A stretch of 64,000 bases of DNA from Candidatus Marinacidobacterales bacterium (GTDB lineage Bacteria > Acidobacteriota > Vicinamibacteria > Marinacidobacterales > SMYC01): contig CBDCYI010000011.1 of assembly GCA_965224085.1 (NCBI GenBank), positions 160,001 through 224,000 on the forward strand. The letters are read 5' to 3'. The notes under the pieces were generated by a model that searched no databases, was not told the DNA's origin, and saw only the letters and a list, made by a program, of their open reading frames with translations. Below, one piece after another: positions 63,332 to 64,000 of the stretch (position 1 is the first letter of the stretch; each line of letters starts with the position of its first letter). The position numbers were made by a program, and so were the translations under genes.

Positions 63332-64000
63332 CTATTTGAGCTCGAGAAGAATCCCGCACGCCTCTTCAGCGAATGGGGAATTGGGGTCCAGCTCTATCGC
63401 CTTGTTGAAGGCTTCAGCGCACTCTTGAAATTCTTGCTGGCGGTAGTGTGCCAAGCCTAGGTGATAAAGGACCTCGGCTCTGTCGGGGCGTGCTACCGCG
63501 GCCTCCGTGATGAGTTCCACGGCCCCTTCATAGTCACCACGTTTGTAGAGAATCCAGCCGAGGGTATCGGCGATCTCCGGATCGTCGGGCGCTTCGGCCC
63601 GGGCGATTTCCGCGAGCTCGAATGCCCTTTCGAGCATTCCCTCCTGCTCCTGGTAGATGTAGGCGAGGTTATTTGCCGCAGGTGCGAAGCGTGGACGGAC
63701 GCCTAGAAGTTTTTCATAGGTGTCCTGAGCTGCGGGGACCTGGTTTGACACTTGCTGCACCGTACCTTTGAGCATCATGATGGAGACGTTCTCTGGGTCC
63801 TGCTCCAGGCGGCGCTGAAGCGATACGAGAGCTTCGTCCGCTCGGTTGCTGGCGACAAAGATACTGGTGAGGTGGGCGTAGGCGGCGTACAAATCGGGCT
63901 GAAGCTCCACCGCCTTGAGGAGCGCCGTCTCCGCGTAGTCGAGCTGCTTGGTGGCCATGTACAGCTGTGCCAACAAGAAGTGATGACTTCCTGTGGGATC
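63332..64000 (-). CDS. PrsT-like TPR protein (5' end lies outside the window)
   Basis: AANNLAY, DTLGWILYKRG, VLYHLG TPRs. Confidence 0.85.
   Translation of the reverse strand, partial: DPTGSHHFLLAQLYMATKQLDYAETALLKAVELQPDLYAAYAHLTSIFVASNRADEALVSLQRRLEQDPENVSIMMLKGTVQQVSNQVPAAQDTYEKLLGVRPRFAPAANNLAYIYQEQEGMLERAFELAEIARAEAPDDPEIADTLGWILYKRGDYEGAVELITEAAVARPDRAEVLYHLGLAHYRQQEFQECAEAFNKAIELDPNSPFAEEACGILLELK

Overview
This is a GC-rich bacterial chromosome segment; the 16S signatures suggest Acidobacteriota, possibly Vicinamibacteria. Housekeeping content includes SNF2+SWIM, argGH, purMN, tyrS, an MBOAT/AlgJ-type O-acetylation cluster, two Ser/Thr kinases, corA, otsB-GH15-otsA, a Rieske oxygenase and a complete rrn operon (16S-Ile-Ala-23S-5S). 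Mobile content is heavy. An IS1634 and a MITE are stacked in one CTAG that served as the shared stop codon of two convergent genes. There is also an IS200, a head-to-tail trimer of an ISNCY-type element, three group I introns in 23S separated by 14- and 20-nt exons, a group II intron just after 5S, an IS1595 remnant, and many spliced-together gene fragments. The best candidate for an undescribed system is at 8554-10190. A PspF-like sigma-54 activator carrying an atypical receiver domain sits divergently from twin palindromic sites, an IHF-like site and a -24/-12-like element. These point at an unannotated 18-codon peptide (MIRVTAVVLINGFGTSWR) inside a self-closing ~120-nt RNA. All calls come from reading motifs by eye; no searches were run.
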